This document shows, piece after piece, positions 21,622-32,287 of a DNA stretch of 64,000 nucleotides. Positions within the stretch are counted from its first letter, which is position 1. Each line of letters begins with the position of its first letter. Below the pieces are notes generated by a model. That model was not told the origin of the DNA and did no database searches. It worked only from the letters and a program-made list of their open reading frames with translations. Both the position numbers and the translations under genes were made by a program. The stretch comes from Prochlorococcus sp. AG-355-B18 (GTDB lineage: Bacteria > Cyanobacteriota > Cyanobacteriia > PCC-6307 > Cyanobiaceae). The stretch is taken from the NCBI GenBank assembly GCA_003280965.1, contig QCDI01000002.1, positions 32,001 through 96,000 on the forward strand. Direction: 5' to 3'.

Positions 21622-22794
21622 TTAAAGATTTACTTCTTCAGGAATTATTCCTAGTTCAAACAACTTTTTATATAAACCCATCAAAAATTTATTATCCTCA
21701 GGAAGTTTGTCCCACTTTTGGGAATTAATTTCATTAATTAATTTTTGACAATCTTCTATTGTAAATTTTATAGGTGCCGTAAAATGAGCTGGAATTAGAT
21801 ATTCCATATCTTCAAGAGACTTGATATTTTCTAACCATTTAAGTAAAACTTCTTTTGAACGCGGAAAAATTAATTTTTGTAAAACTGGTGCAATTTGAAT
21901 CTTAGGAGTATCTTTACCCATTATTTCAAAAAGAGAGGATTCCCAATCTTCGTCCCATAAAAAAGGATAAATACCGAAATGAGATCTCCAATTTCTAAGA
22001 TCTTTTTTGAATGAATACTTAAGTATTTTTTTTAAAGGGGGAATATTTAATTTACCTGGTTTCAAAAAAGATGAAAATAAGACTAATCTTTTCCATCCTT
22101 TTTTTCTTTGTTCGATTGAGTCAATCAAAGGTTCATCTCCTCTCTCTCTAGAATGAAAAAGAAGTGGAGTTGGATCAAAATTAAATATCTCAGGTGGTGT
22201 AGAGTCTATTCCAACTATTGCGTCAGTTACATGAAGAGTTTTCGTAGGATAATGGAAACAGCTTATCTCCTGATACCTTCCAAGTCCTAAATTCAGTGGG
22301 CCTAATGAAGACCATTTAAAGGAGTTTGCATGTGGAGTACCTTCCTCAAACAGTATTCTTGATCTTTTTGACGGAATTCCTAAAAAATCTAGTGGTAGGT
22401 TTATGGGGAAACTCCATTGTCCAGGACAAAGCCAAATTTCTGCATCTTTAAAAATTCTTGAAAGAGCTGGCAGTCCAATTTTATGTTCTAGTCCAGAGGC
22501 ACTCGGTAGAATTATTGTTTTTATTTTGCCGTGAATCGCAATTAATTTTTCCAACTCATTTATTAATTCTTTTGTCGGAGGCAGTGGATTCATCAGCATC
22601 AATCCATTATCAACCTTTATTACCGTCATTCTTATTGGAACTGCAACATAATAAAGTCCCTGTATTTGTTCCAAGGACCATATTTGATCAGGAATTAATT
22701 CTCTTAAAATTGTTTTCTTTTTTCCATAAGGATATAAGGGGAATAATGGCCACCAATTCCACTTTTTATTCAAAGTTTCTTCCACCACCATCAT
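21622..22794 (-). CDS. DUF4336-family protein
   Basis: W.WWPL.PLYPY, VPIRMTVI, GLEHK, PGQWSFP, IPAHF motifs; ATGA overlap with the permease. Confidence 0.8.
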   Translation of the reverse strand: MMVVEETLNKKWNWWPLFPLYPYGKKKTILRELIPDQIWSLEQIQGLYYVAVPIRMTVIKVDNGLMLMNPLPPTKELINELEKLIAIHGKIKTIILPSASGLEHKIGLPALSRIFKDAEIWLCPGQWSFPINLPLDFLGIPSKRSRILFEEGTPHANSFKWSSLGPLNLGLGRYQEISCFHYPTKTLHVTDAIVGIDSTPPEIFNFDPTPLLFHSRERGDEPLIDSIEQRKKGWKRLVLFSSFLKPGKLNIPPLKKILKYSFKKDLRNWRSHFGIYPFLWDEDWESSLFEIMGKDTPKIQIAPVLQKLIFPRSKEVLLKWLENIKSLEDMEYLIPAHFTAPIKFTIEDCQKLINEINSQKWDKLPEDNKFLMGLYKKLFELGIIPEEVNL

Positions 22795-23663
22795 TTATAC
22801 CCGGCAAATAATTTCTTTAACTTAAATATTCCGTATCTTGGAGCGAATATAAAAGCAAATAAAAATATGAAAGTTTGTGCCAAGACAATTGATCCACCTG
22901 TTTCAAGATCAAACCAAAAACTAACATATATGCCTATTAGGCTTGAGATAATTGCACTTAATACTGAAATTAATGTCATATTATCAAACTTATCTGTAAG
23001 TAAATATGCTGTAGCCCCTGGTGTAATCAACATTGCCACTACCAAAATAATTCCAACAGACTGCAAGCCCACAACAGCTGCCAAAGATAAGCAAGTGAGG
23101 AGTAAATAATGAAGAAAAAATACGTTAATCCCAACTGTTTTTGCATGCCTAGGATCAAAACAATAAAGCATTAAATCTTTTCTAAAAATTAATAAAAGGA
23201 TTACTACCAATAAAGAAATTAATATAGTTTGTTTTACATCTGAAAGTGATATTCCTAATGGACTACCAAAAAGAATAGAGTGTAGATCAATATTACTTTT
23301 AATTTTAGAAACCAATACGATTCCAAGAGCGAAAAATCCAGTAAATACCAACCCAATAACAGTATCTTCTTTAACTCTAGATTTCTGCTTAATAAACCCT
23401 ATCAATGCTACAGAACCCACTCCGAAAATAAATGCCCCTAATGAGAAAGGAAGACCTAATGCATAAGCAACCACAACACCAGGCATTACTGAATGTGACA
23501 CTGCGTCTCCCATTAAAGCCCATCCTTTAAGAGTCAAATAACTTGATAGTAAACCACAAACAGCTGCAACTAATGAACTCATAAGAAGTGCTTTTCTCAT
23601 AAAGTCATGAGTTAAAGGATCTGTTATAAATGAATCTAAAGTTAAAAAAGAATAGAGCTCCAT
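22791..23663 (-). CDS. mntB: Mn/Fe/Zn ABC transporter permease
   Basis: GDAVSHSVMPG, EDTVIG, multiple TM helices. Confidence 0.9.
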   Translation of the reverse strand: MELYSFLTLDSFITDPLTHDFMRKALLMSSLVAAVCGLLSSYLTLKGWALMGDAVSHSVMPGVVVAYALGLPFSLGAFIFGVGSVALIGFIKQKSRVKEDTVIGLVFTGFFALGIVLVSKIKSNIDLHSILFGSPLGISLSDVKQTILISLLVVILLLIFRKDLMLYCFDPRHAKTVGINVFFLHYLLLTCLSLAAVVGLQSVGIILVVAMLITPGATAYLLTDKFDNMTLISVLSAIISSLIGIYVSFWFDLETGGSIVLAQTFIFLFAFIFAPRYGIFKLKKLFAGYK

Positions 23664-23674
23664 ACAATTTAAAT

Positions 23675-24439
23675 TTAGGATTCAGGTCCAAACAAGAAAT
23701 CAGGTGAGATCCCTCCAAAAGTGGTTGTAATATTTTCAGGGGTAAACACTTCAGAGGTCTCGCCATAAGCTACAACAGTTTTATTTATTAAAAGGACCAA
23801 ATCACAAAATTCACGGACATGAATCATATCGTGCGTTGATAATAATATTGTTTTACCCTCATTTTTAAATTGAATAAATAATTCCGAGATAAGTTTCTCA
23901 GTTCTTATATCAACACCTGAAAAAGGCTCATCAAGAAGTAATATTGACGCTCTTTGCGCAATTGCTCTAGCTAAAAAAGTTCGTTTTCTCTGACCTCCAG
24001 ATAAGTTCCCAATAGGTGTAGATAAATGATCAGTAAGATCAACTCTCTCAATAGCATCTTTAACTGACTGAATATCAGACTCTCTAGGACACCTAAAAAT
24101 ATTCATCGAACCATATCTTCCCATCATCACTACATCCCAAACACTTATTGGAAATTGACTATCAATGCCTTCATTTTGAGGAACATAAGCAATTGTCTGA
24201 TCTTTTTGAGCAGATCTTACAGACTCTCCATTTATTCTAATTTTTCCCTTTGAAATATTTACAAAGCCAGTTAAAGCATTAAAAAATGTCGTTTTACCAG
24301 CCCCATTCATCCCTACTAACCCACAAATCTGGCCAGGTTTCAATCTTAAATTGGCATCATACAAAGCCACCTTACCGTTGTAATCTACGCAAATATTCTC
24401 TGCATCAATCCTAAAGTTTTGATAATTTATTGTTTCCAT
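23675..24439 (-). CDS. mntA: Mn/Fe/Zn ABC transporter ATP-binding protein
   Basis: Walker A GMNGAGKT, signature LSGGQRKR, LLLDEPF, STHD. Confidence 0.9.
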   Translation of the reverse strand: METINYQNFRIDAENICVDYNGKVALYDANLRLKPGQICGLVGMNGAGKTTFFNALTGFVNISKGKIRINGESVRSAQKDQTIAYVPQNEGIDSQFPISVWDVVMMGRYGSMNIFRCPRESDIQSVKDAIERVDLTDHLSTPIGNLSGGQRKRTFLARAIAQRASILLLDEPFSGVDIRTEKLISELFIQFKNEGKTILLSTHDMIHVREFCDLVLLINKTVVAYGETSEVFTPENITTTFGGISPDFLFGPES

Positions 24440-24441
24440 AA

Positions 24442-25341
24442 TTAAAAAAGCCCTTTTTTAATCAAATTCAAATTATGCTCAAGCATATTTATATAGGAAT
24501 TAGCAGGCCCACTATCATCAGATAATGAATCAACAAATAGATTCCCTCCAAAATTAGCCCCAGTTTCTTTTGCCACAACCATTTGAGATTCGTTACTTAC
24601 AGTACTTTCACAAAATACAGATGGAACATTTTTTTCTTTAACTAGAGAGATTGTTCTTGTCATTCTTTTGGGAGTAATTTGACTCTCAGCATTAACTGGC
24701 CACAAATAAACTTCCTCTAATCCATAATCATTTGTTAAATATGAAAAAGCACCTTCACAACTTACTAGATACCTTCTGTCTTTATTTAAGTTATTAATAA
24801 AAAGTGAGAATTCTTTATCTATTTTAGAGAGTTTATCTTTATAAATTTTTCCATTTTCTTCAAATAATGTCCTTTTAGATGGCCTCAATTCTGATAAAGA
24901 ATCCACGAGAATATCTACGTATAGGATCCCTCTTTTTGGAGAAATCCAGGCATGAGGATTGGGTTTCCCTTTATAAAAATCTTCACTGATAAAAATAGGA
25001 TTTAAATCTTCTGCGACAGTAATTCTTTTAACTTTTAAATTAGAAACAAACTTTTCGGCCCATAATTCAAATCCAAATCCATTATCAATAAAAACAAAAG
25101 CACTAGAGGCATTTACCAAATCGCTTGGAGTTGGTTGGTAACCATGAACTTCAACTCCAGGTTTAGTTATTGATCTAACAATAAAATCATCTTTAGCAAT
25201 ATTGCTAATTATATCCGCCAAAACAGTGAAACTTGCCAGTATTACTTCTTTAGTTTCATTTTTATTTGATATTTTCTTACATGAAACTGAAGCAAGAGAA
25301 AGGAGAACTAAAAAACTTAAAAAAATAATATTTTTTCTCAT
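24442..25341 (-). CDS. mntC: Metal ABC transporter substrate-binding lipoprotein (Mn/Fe, cluster A-I)
   Basis: Lipobox-like LASVSC; ligands EVHGY, NPHAW, CEGAF, VDSL (His/His/Glu/Asp). Confidence 0.88.
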   Translation of the reverse strand: MRKNIIFLSFLVLLSLASVSCKKISNKNETKEVILASFTVLADIISNIAKDDFIVRSITKPGVEVHGYQPTPSDLVNASSAFVFIDNGFGFELWAEKFVSNLKVKRITVAEDLNPIFISEDFYKGKPNPHAWISPKRGILYVDILVDSLSELRPSKRTLFEENGKIYKDKLSKIDKEFSLFINNLNKDRRYLVSCEGAFSYLTNDYGLEEVYLWPVNAESQITPKRMTRTISLVKEKNVPSVFCESTVSNESQMVVAKETGANFGGNLFVDSLSDDSGPANSYINMLEHNLNLIKKGLF

Positions 25342-25364
25342 ATTTGAAATTTATCCTTTGATTA

Positions 25365-26696
25365 TTAACTAAAAGATAGTTTCATAAGTGGTTTTCTAAT
25401 ATCAGAAATAAATCCTTTCCAATTAATTTTTTCTTTTTCAAAAGCTTTTTCAACAATTTTCTCGGAATTTTTCTTTATAAAATCCAAATCAGGTTCTTCT
25501 ACTCCTTTTGTTATTGCCATAAAATCAGCCAAAGAACTCGATACTACTCTTGTTAAATAAGCAGCACTGACAGCCTGAAATGTTCCAGAGACAAGCCAAT
25601 TTGGGCCATGTAATTTTGTTATGCCAATTAGAGTCTGTCCACTCCATTCAATAACTCCCTGAGCAATTGCAGTCTTTAAAATCTCTTTAGATACTTTATC
25701 TAAAATTTCAGGAGACCAATTACATCCCCATATAGACTTAATTTCTTTAATCATTAATGAATTTAGTACTGTCATTGCCATAACATCAATTGATGGGATA
25801 GGAGATAAGAAAACAGTTGTTGCTACAAGAATTTGATTTTTTCTTTGTATAACTTTTAACTGCATTCTTCTTATTCCTTCAATTTCAGATTGCCAGGCAC
25901 CATGAAGTTCTTTCAAGAGCCTTTTTTTTGTATTTTCAATATTTTTAGATGAACTTATGAAAAATTTCCTCAACGAAAAAGGTATATTTGTTATTTCATT
26001 CTTATTCACATCAAAAGTAATAATTTTATTTATGAAGTCAATTGAAATTTGAGACTTTAGGTCTTCTATCTGATTTTTGGCTTCTATTTCGTTGGAAGTT
26101 AAAGCCACCAACCAGATTGGCATACTTTTAGGAAACTTTTCAAGCCACAAAAAATCATTTGCCGATAAAGGCAAGTTGATAAAATACAAGATTGCATCAC
26201 TCTTCAAAGCTTCTTCTGGAATAACTTGAGAAGTATTGTATTTAGGCAGTTTTTCGTATAAATCAAAGTCAAACTTATCTGCTTTAAAGTGACTTTTCAA
26301 AACAGAATGACAACTTTGATAATCTTTTTGTCCAATGCAACTTATATTCTCTTTTTCACATCTATTAAGAATCGATTCAAGTATTTTTTGTCTTTTTGAA
26401 TTCTGTTTCTCCAGTTCATTTGTTGCTTCAAGTTCTTCAAAAAAATTTAAATCTTCATTACATAGATTTATCCAACCATCTAAATTATTTGGCTCATTAA
26501 ATTTAGGTTTATCATTCTTCAAATAAAAATATCCCCCCAAACACAACGCAAAAAATCCTATTGAGCCTCCTGCAAAATGAATTAAGTCACTGACAAACCA
26601 TTCCCCAAAGCCTAATAACAATAAAATAATAAGAAGATTTTTTTTTGGAAACTTTATGAAATCCTTTAAAAGGTTGTCTTTACTAATATCAAACAC
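25365..26696 (-). CDS. YcjF/DUF697-family membrane protein with degenerate GTPase-like domain
   Basis: Two N-terminal TM segments; C-terminal SPIPSID, IWG..WS and QAVSAAYLTRVV motifs. Confidence 0.75.
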   Translation of the reverse strand: MFDISKDNLLKDFIKFPKKNLLIILLLLGFGEWFVSDLIHFAGGSIGFFALCLGGYFYLKNDKPKFNEPNNLDGWINLCNEDLNFFEELEATNELEKQNSKRQKILESILNRCEKENISCIGQKDYQSCHSVLKSHFKADKFDFDLYEKLPKYNTSQVIPEEALKSDAILYFINLPLSANDFLWLEKFPKSMPIWLVALTSNEIEAKNQIEDLKSQISIDFINKIITFDVNKNEITNIPFSLRKFFISSSKNIENTKKRLLKELHGAWQSEIEGIRRMQLKVIQRKNQILVATTVFLSPIPSIDVMAMTVLNSLMIKEIKSIWGCNWSPEILDKVSKEILKTAIAQGVIEWSGQTLIGITKLHGPNWLVSGTFQAVSAAYLTRVVSSSLADFMAITKGVEEPDLDFIKKNSEKIVEKAFEKEKINWKGFISDIRKPLMKLSFS

Positions 26697-26863
26697 AATA
26701 CTTTATTTCTCTCTAATTTTATTTTAATGCAAGTTGTGTATGAGAAAAGCAAAATTTCAAAAGACGTTAATCAAAAGATAAAAATTTAAGGTTTTCAAAA
26801 AGACTTATTGCATTACAAGATGCTAAGTTAATAGACTGTTTAAATAATTTAAAAAACATTAAG

Positions 26864-27283
26864 ATGTCTAATTCAAATTTCAGCAATAATCCTGGACAAG
26901 AAAATTATAGAGGTCGTTCTAACAATGAAAGATCTAATTTCAGAGATAGATCCGGCGGCAGAAGAGATGGAGGAGGATTCCGCATAAGATTGAGTGATAA
27001 CGAAATGAAAGCTGTTAAATCAATACAAGAGACCTTTCAATTGAGATCTACCGTTGCAGTTCTGGGTTTTTCTGTTAGAACACTTAGCGAAATGATCAAA
27101 GACGAAAAATTGATTGAATCAATCACAGAATATGCAAAAAATAATAAAAACTCTTCTCCAAATAGACAATCTCAAAATCCTTATGAAGAAAAGAAAACAG
27201 CTCCTGACCCTTTTGCAAGGCCTATAAAAAGTACATCAATTGAAGAAATCCAATCTAGCGAAGTAGAAGAGGATGGTAAATAA
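26864..27283 (+). CDS. Conserved hypothetical protein (Arg/Gly-rich N-terminus plus ribbon-helix-helix-like core)
   Basis: RGRSNNERSNFRDRSGGRRDGGG followed by FRIRLSDNEM...; overlaps the trpS start by 11 nt. Confidence 0.75.
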   Translation: MSNSNFSNNPGQENYRGRSNNERSNFRDRSGGRRDGGGFRIRLSDNEMKAVKSIQETFQLRSTVAVLGFSVRTLSEMIKDEKLIESITEYAKNNKNSSPNRQSQNPYEEKKTAPDPFARPIKSTSIEEIQSSEVEEDGK

Positions 27284-28289
27284 AAAAAGAATTCTTTCCG
27301 GAGTTCAACCAACTGGTGATTTACATATTGGGAATTGGCTTGGGGCGATAAATAATTGGGTTACGCTTCAAGATCAGTATGAAACATTTCTATGTGTAGT
27401 TGATTTGCATGCAATCACAGCTTCATATAATCCCAAAGAATTATCTCAGAACACTATCTCTACTGCGGCTTTGTACGTCGCTTGTGGGATAGATCCCAAT
27501 ATATGCTCAATTTTTGTCCAAAGTCAGATTTCTGCACATTCAGAACTTTGTTGGATACTAAATTGCATGACTCCTATAAATTGGATGGAAAGAATGATTC
27601 AATTCAAGGAAAAATCCATACAACAGGGAAATAATGTATCCATTGGATTATTTGACTATCCGATCCTAATGGCTGCAGACATTCTTCTATATGACGCCGA
27701 CTTTGTACCAGTAGGTGAGGATCAAAAACAACATCTTGAACTTGCCAGAGATATTGCACAACAAAGAATTAATACGAGATTTAGTAAGGATAAAAATATT
27801 TTAAAGATCCCTCAACCAATTATCATGAAAAATGGCTCAAAAATAATGAGTTTGATTGATGGTTCAAAAAAAATGAGTAAAAGTGATCCGAACGAAGGCA
27901 GTAGGATTAATTTGTTAGATACTCCTGAAATAATCACTAAGAAAATAAAGAGAGCAAAAAGTGACAGTTATATTGGAATAGAATTTAATAATCCTGAAAG
28001 AGCGGAATCTAAAAATCTTATTATGATTTATTCAATATTATCTGGCAAAGAAATTTCTCAATGCGAAAATGAATTCTCCGAGACTGGATGGGGGACATTT
28101 AAAAAATTAATTACGGAACAACTCATAGAATCTTTAGAACCTATTCAGGAAAAATATAAAGTCTTAATTAATGATCCCTATCAATTAAATAAAATCCTTC
28201 TTGAAGGGAAGGAAAAAGCTGAAAATTTAGCAAATCAAACTCTAAAAAGAGTTAAATCTAAACTTGGATTTTTTGAAATAGAGAAATAA
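27273..28289 (+). CDS. trpS: Tryptophan--tRNA ligase
   Basis: SGVQPTG.LHIGN, YPILMAADIL, VPVGEDQ.QH, KMSKS. Confidence 0.98.
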   Translation: MVNKKRILSGVQPTGDLHIGNWLGAINNWVTLQDQYETFLCVVDLHAITASYNPKELSQNTISTAALYVACGIDPNICSIFVQSQISAHSELCWILNCMTPINWMERMIQFKEKSIQQGNNVSIGLFDYPILMAADILLYDADFVPVGEDQKQHLELARDIAQQRINTRFSKDKNILKIPQPIIMKNGSKIMSLIDGSKKMSKSDPNEGSRINLLDTPEIITKKIKRAKSDSYIGIEFNNPERAESKNLIMIYSILSGKEISQCENEFSETGWGTFKKLITEQLIESLEPIQEKYKVLINDPYQLNKILLEGKEKAENLANQTLKRVKSKLGFFEIEK

Positions 28290-28292
28290 ATT

Positions 28293-30209
28293 ATGCCAGT
28301 AGTTACATTACCGGATGGTTCAAAAAAGGTTTTCGAAAAATCTGTGACGGTTCTAGAAATTGCTCAGAGTATTGGTGCAGGATTAGCCAAAGCAACAATT
28401 GCTGGAAAAGTAAATGATGTTCTACTTGATGCAACTCTTCCTATCGAAAAGGATGCTGAAGTTGTAATAATCACGTCAAAAGACAAAGAGGGAGTTGAGA
28501 TAATTAGACATTCTTTTGCACATCTTATTGGTCATGCAGTTAAACAAATTTACCCAAATATAAAAATGGCCATAGGTCCCGTAATTGAAGATGGATTTTA
28601 CTACGATATTTTTTCAGAATATAGATTTACTCCTGATGACTTAAATAAAATTGAAGAACGAATTAATAAATTAATAAAAACAAATTATGATGTTGAGATT
28701 TTGCAAGTTTCTAAAAAAGAAGCTATAAAAACTTTTCAAGAAAGAGATGAAACTTTTAAATTAAGAATTATTGAAGAGATTGAGGATAAAGGGCTCATAA
28801 ATTTGTATAAGCATGAAGAATACATTGATATGTGTAGAGGTCCTCACGTTCCAAACACAAGACATCTTAGACACTTTAAATTACTTAAATTATCAGGTTC
28901 ATATTGGAGAGGTAATAGTGAGAATGAATCATTACAGAGAATATATGGTACTGCATGGGCAAAAGAAAAAGAACTTAATGACTACTTAAAAAGAATTGAA
29001 GAAGCGGAAAAAAGAGATCATAGAAAACTTGGTAAAAAACATTCACTATTTCATATACAAGAAGAATCTCCAGGAATGATTTTTTGGCATCCAAATGGAT
29101 GGACAATCTACCAAGTACTAGAAAAGTACATTAGAGAAATACTCAAAAAAAATGATTATTTAGAAATTAAAACCCCACAAGCTGTTGATAAATCTCTTTG
29201 GGAAAAATCTGGTCATTGGGAAAAATTTAGAGACGATATGTTCACTACTGCATCAGAAAATCGAACTTATGCAATAAAACCAATGAATTGCCCATGCCAT
29301 ATTCAAGTATTTAATCAAGGTTTAAAAAGTTATAAGGATTTACCTATTCGTCTTGCTGAATTTGGTTCTTGTCACAGAAATGAGCCCTCTGGCGCACTAC
29401 ACGGCTTAATGAGGGTAAGAAACTTTACTCAAGATGATGCACACATATTCTGCACAGAAGAGCAAATTCAAGAAGAGGTATCTACTTTTATAGATCTTGT
29501 TTTCGAGGTTTATAAAACCTTTGGTTTTGATCAAATCATTATCAAATTATCAACTCGTCCTGAAAAAAGGGTAGGCAGTGAAGAGATTTGGGATAAATCA
29601 GAAGAGGCTCTTACTAAAGCTCTCGATAATAAGAATCTAAAATGGGAACTACAACCAGGTGAAGGTGCTTTTTATGGTCCAAAAATAGAATTCTCGTTAA
29701 AAGATTGTCTTAATAGAGTCTGGCAATGCGGGACTATTCAGGTTGATTTCTCTATGCCTATTAGATTGGATGCAACTTTTGTAGATATTGAAAATGAAAA
29801 AAGAAATCCAGTTATGCTTCATAGAGCAATTTTAGGATCCTTTGAAAGATTTATCGGAATCTTGATTGAACAATATGAGGCAAAATTCCCAATTTGGCTT
29901 GCGCCTTATCAAATAATTTTATTGAGCATTACCGATAGAAATATTGAAAAGTGTTTAAAGTTTAATGAATTAATAAACAATAATGGTTACCGATCAAAAG
30001 TGGATATTAGGAATGAAAAAATAGGATATAAAATTAGAGAGGCAACTCTCGGGAGAGTTCCTTTAATTGCAGTTATTGGAGATAAAGAAGAGGAAATTGA
30101 TTCAGTAGCTCTAAGAGCTTTAGATGGAACAAATTTAGGAATTTTCAATTTACCTAATCTTTATAAATTAATGGATGAATTAATAGAAAAAAAAGGGAGG
30201 ACAGAATAA
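28293..30209 (+). CDS. thrS: Threonine--tRNA ligase
   Basis: TGS domain, HS.AH and DMCRGPH editing motifs, [21 protein letters not shown]. Confidence 0.98.
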   Translation: MPVVTLPDGSKKVFEKSVTVLEIAQSIGAGLAKATIAGKVNDVLLDATLPIEKDAEVVIITSKDKEGVEIIRHSFAHLIGHAVKQIYPNIKMAIGPVIEDGFYYDIFSEYRFTPDDLNKIEERINKLIKTNYDVEILQVSKKEAIKTFQERDETFKLRIIEEIEDKGLINLYKHEEYIDMCRGPHVPNTRHLRHFKLLKLSGSYWRGNSENESLQRIYGTAWAKEKELNDYLKRIEEAEKRDHRKLGKKHSLFHIQEESPGMIFWHPNGWTIYQVLEKYIREILKKNDYLEIKTPQAVDKSLWEKSGHWEKFRDDMFTTASENRTYAIKPMNCPCHIQVFNQGLKSYKDLPIRLAEFGSCHRNEPSGALHGLMRVRNFTQDDAHIFCTEEQIQEEVSTFIDLVFEVYKTFGFDQIIIKLSTRPEKRVGSEEIWDKSEEALTKALDNKNLKWELQPGEGAFYGPKIEFSLKDCLNRVWQCGTIQVDFSMPIRLDATFVDIENEKRNPVMLHRAILGSFERFIGILIEQYEAKFPIWLAPYQIILLSITDRNIEKCLKFNELINNNGYRSKVDIRNEKIGYKIREATLGRVPLIAVIGDKEEEIDSVALRALDGTNLGIFNLPNLYKLMDELIEKKGRTE

Positions 30210-30219
30210 TTTCAAATAG

Positions 30220-31254
30220 ATGAATTTTCTAGCTTGTGATTTAGGAGGTACTAAGGTTCTTTTAGGAATATTTAAAAAAGATATAAATGATGATTCGCCT
30301 AAATTAATATTCAAAAAAAAATATTTATCTTCTAATTGGGAATCTTTTGAACTAATCCTAGAGGATTTTCTCAAAAATCAATGCAAAAATATTGATCATC
30401 CTTCTTCAGCATGCTTTGCAGTAGCTGGTCCTTTATCTAATAACCAAGCAAAAATAATTAACTTATCATGGAACATTTCTGGAAATGCCTTACAGAACAA
30501 ATTTAATTTAAAAAGCTGCGAGCTAATAAATGATTTCGCAGTACAAATTTATGGAATACCTTATTTAAAAAATAATCAATATTCTATTATCCAAAATGGA
30601 TCTCATTTTGAAGGCGCAAACAATGATTTGCATGCCATTGTTGGAGCGGGGACTGGGTTAGGAATTGCAAGAGGAATAATTTCAGGAAATAAGGTTAAAG
30701 TTTTAGCTAGTGAAGGTGGTCACGTTGAATACTCCCCAAAGTCAAACCTAGAGTGGGAATTAAAGATTTGGCTTAAGAATTACTTAAAAATTGAGAGGAT
30801 ATCTTGTGAAAGAATTGTTAGCGGCTCTGGTTTATCAAGAATTGCCGAATGGAGACTAAGCAAGCCTGATGCCCAAAACCATCCTCTACAAAAATATTTA
30901 AAAGAAATGAAAATTTCTGATTCTGCAAGAAAAGAACTCCCTGAAAAAATTTGTAAACTTTCTAAAGAAGGGGATCAGCTAATGATTGAAGTTGAGAGGA
31001 TTTGGTTAGGCACTTATGCATCTTTATTAGGAGACGTTGCTCTTCAAGAATTATGCTTTGGCGGGTTGTGGATTTCTGGCGGGACCGCACCAAAACATTT
31101 CAAAAACTTTAAATCAGATTTATTTATGAAACAATTTTTCGACAAGGGGAGATTAAAAGATATTCTTAAAACAATACCTGTGAAAGTAATTTTAGATGAA
31201 GAGTTTGGACTTTTTAGTGCAGCCTGCAGAGCAAAAATGCTTTTGAAAACTTAG
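30220..31254 (+). CDS. glk: Glucokinase
   Basis: DLGGTK, AVAGP, INDF, GAGTGLG, SEGGH, ERIVSG.GL. Confidence 0.93.
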   Translation: MNFLACDLGGTKVLLGIFKKDINDDSPKLIFKKKYLSSNWESFELILEDFLKNQCKNIDHPSSACFAVAGPLSNNQAKIINLSWNISGNALQNKFNLKSCELINDFAVQIYGIPYLKNNQYSIIQNGSHFEGANNDLHAIVGAGTGLGIARGIISGNKVKVLASEGGHVEYSPKSNLEWELKIWLKNYLKIERISCERIVSGSGLSRIAEWRLSKPDAQNHPLQKYLKEMKISDSARKELPEKICKLSKEGDQLMIEVERIWLGTYASLLGDVALQELCFGGLWISGGTAPKHFKNFKSDLFMKQFFDKGRLKDILKTIPVKVILDEEFGLFSAACRAKMLLKT

Positions 31255-31260
31255 TAAAAA

Positions 31261-32208
31261 ATGTCTATTCCTGAAGTAGGTAAAAAAATAAGGGTTAAAG
31301 TACCTTCCACAACTGCCAATTTAGGGCCTGGGTTTGACTGCCTTGGTGCAGCATTAGATCTATATAATGAATTTATTTTCACAAGAATCGAAGGCGATGG
31401 AGATAGATTTGATTTAATAATGGAAAGTACAGATGGGAATCATTTAAGAGGCGGACCTGAAAATCTTGTTTTTAGAGCTGCTCAGAAAGTATGGGAGAGT
31501 GCAAATATGACTTCTTTTGCTCTTGAAGCAAGAGTTAAACTCGCTGTGCCTCCTGCTCGAGGACTTGGGAGCAGTGCTACAGCAATAGTTGCTGGACTAA
31601 TCGGAGCAAATGCAATAATGGACTCCCCCCTGTCTAAAGAAAAACTCCTCGAACTTGCCATCGATATTGAAGGTCATCCTGATAATGTAGTTCCCTCTCT
31701 GCTGGGGGGGCTTTGTTTGACCGCCCGGACATCTTCTCAAAGGTGGAGAATCATAAAATGTGATTGGCACGATTCCATTAAAGCTGTTGTTGCTATTCCT
31801 GCTATTCGATTAAGCACCAGCGAAGCTAGGAAAGTAATGCCGAAGAATGTACCGATATCTGATGCAGTAACAAATATGGGGGCGCTTACTTTATTACTTA
31901 ATGGGTTAAAAACAGGAAATGAGGAATTAATAAAAGAGGGAATGTTTGATAAGTTACATGAACCTTACCGATGGAAACTTGTTAAAGGAGGAATGGAAGT
32001 CAAAGATGCAGCGCTTCAAGCAGGAGCATTAGGGTGCGCAATTAGTGGAGCTGGACCAAGTATCTTAGCATTGTGTAAAAAGGAAAATGGCAAAAGCGTC
32101 AGTAATGCAATGGTAAAAGCTTGGGAGAAGTCGGGTGTAGCAAGTAGAGCACCTTTTTTAAACGTTCAAACAATAGGCAGTCAAATTAGCAAAATCTCTA
32201 GTAAGTAG
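31261..32208 (+). CDS. thrB: Homoserine kinase
   Basis: PSTTANLGPGFD, PPARGLGSSA, EGHPDN, ISGAGP. Confidence 0.97.
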   Translation: MSIPEVGKKIRVKVPSTTANLGPGFDCLGAALDLYNEFIFTRIEGDGDRFDLIMESTDGNHLRGGPENLVFRAAQKVWESANMTSFALEARVKLAVPPARGLGSSATAIVAGLIGANAIMDSPLSKEKLLELAIDIEGHPDNVVPSLLGGLCLTARTSSQRWRIIKCDWHDSIKAVVAIPAIRLSTSEARKVMPKNVPISDAVTNMGALTLLLNGLKTGNEELIKEGMFDKLHEPYRWKLVKGGMEVKDAALQAGALGCAISGAGPSILALCKKENGKSVSNAMVKAWEKSGVASRAPFLNVQTIGSQISKISSK

Positions 32209-32287
32209 TTTTACTTAGGCATTTTTAATGTTATAGTCTCAAGCTAGTACAACTTCAACTAGAATAAAAAAATTATTCATTCCATAA

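Noticed and set aside
25365..26696. YcjF/DUF697 gene as a pseudogene because the P-loop is missing
   Set aside because: ORF is intact for 443 codons with well-preserved C-terminal family motifs; loss of the motif looks like divergence, not decay
32200..32287. AGTAC-containing and AAGTA..TACTT sequences upstream of ndhD as LexA/NtcA sites
   Set aside because: Spacing and second half-sites do not fit RGTAC-N3-DGTWC or GTA-N8-TAC
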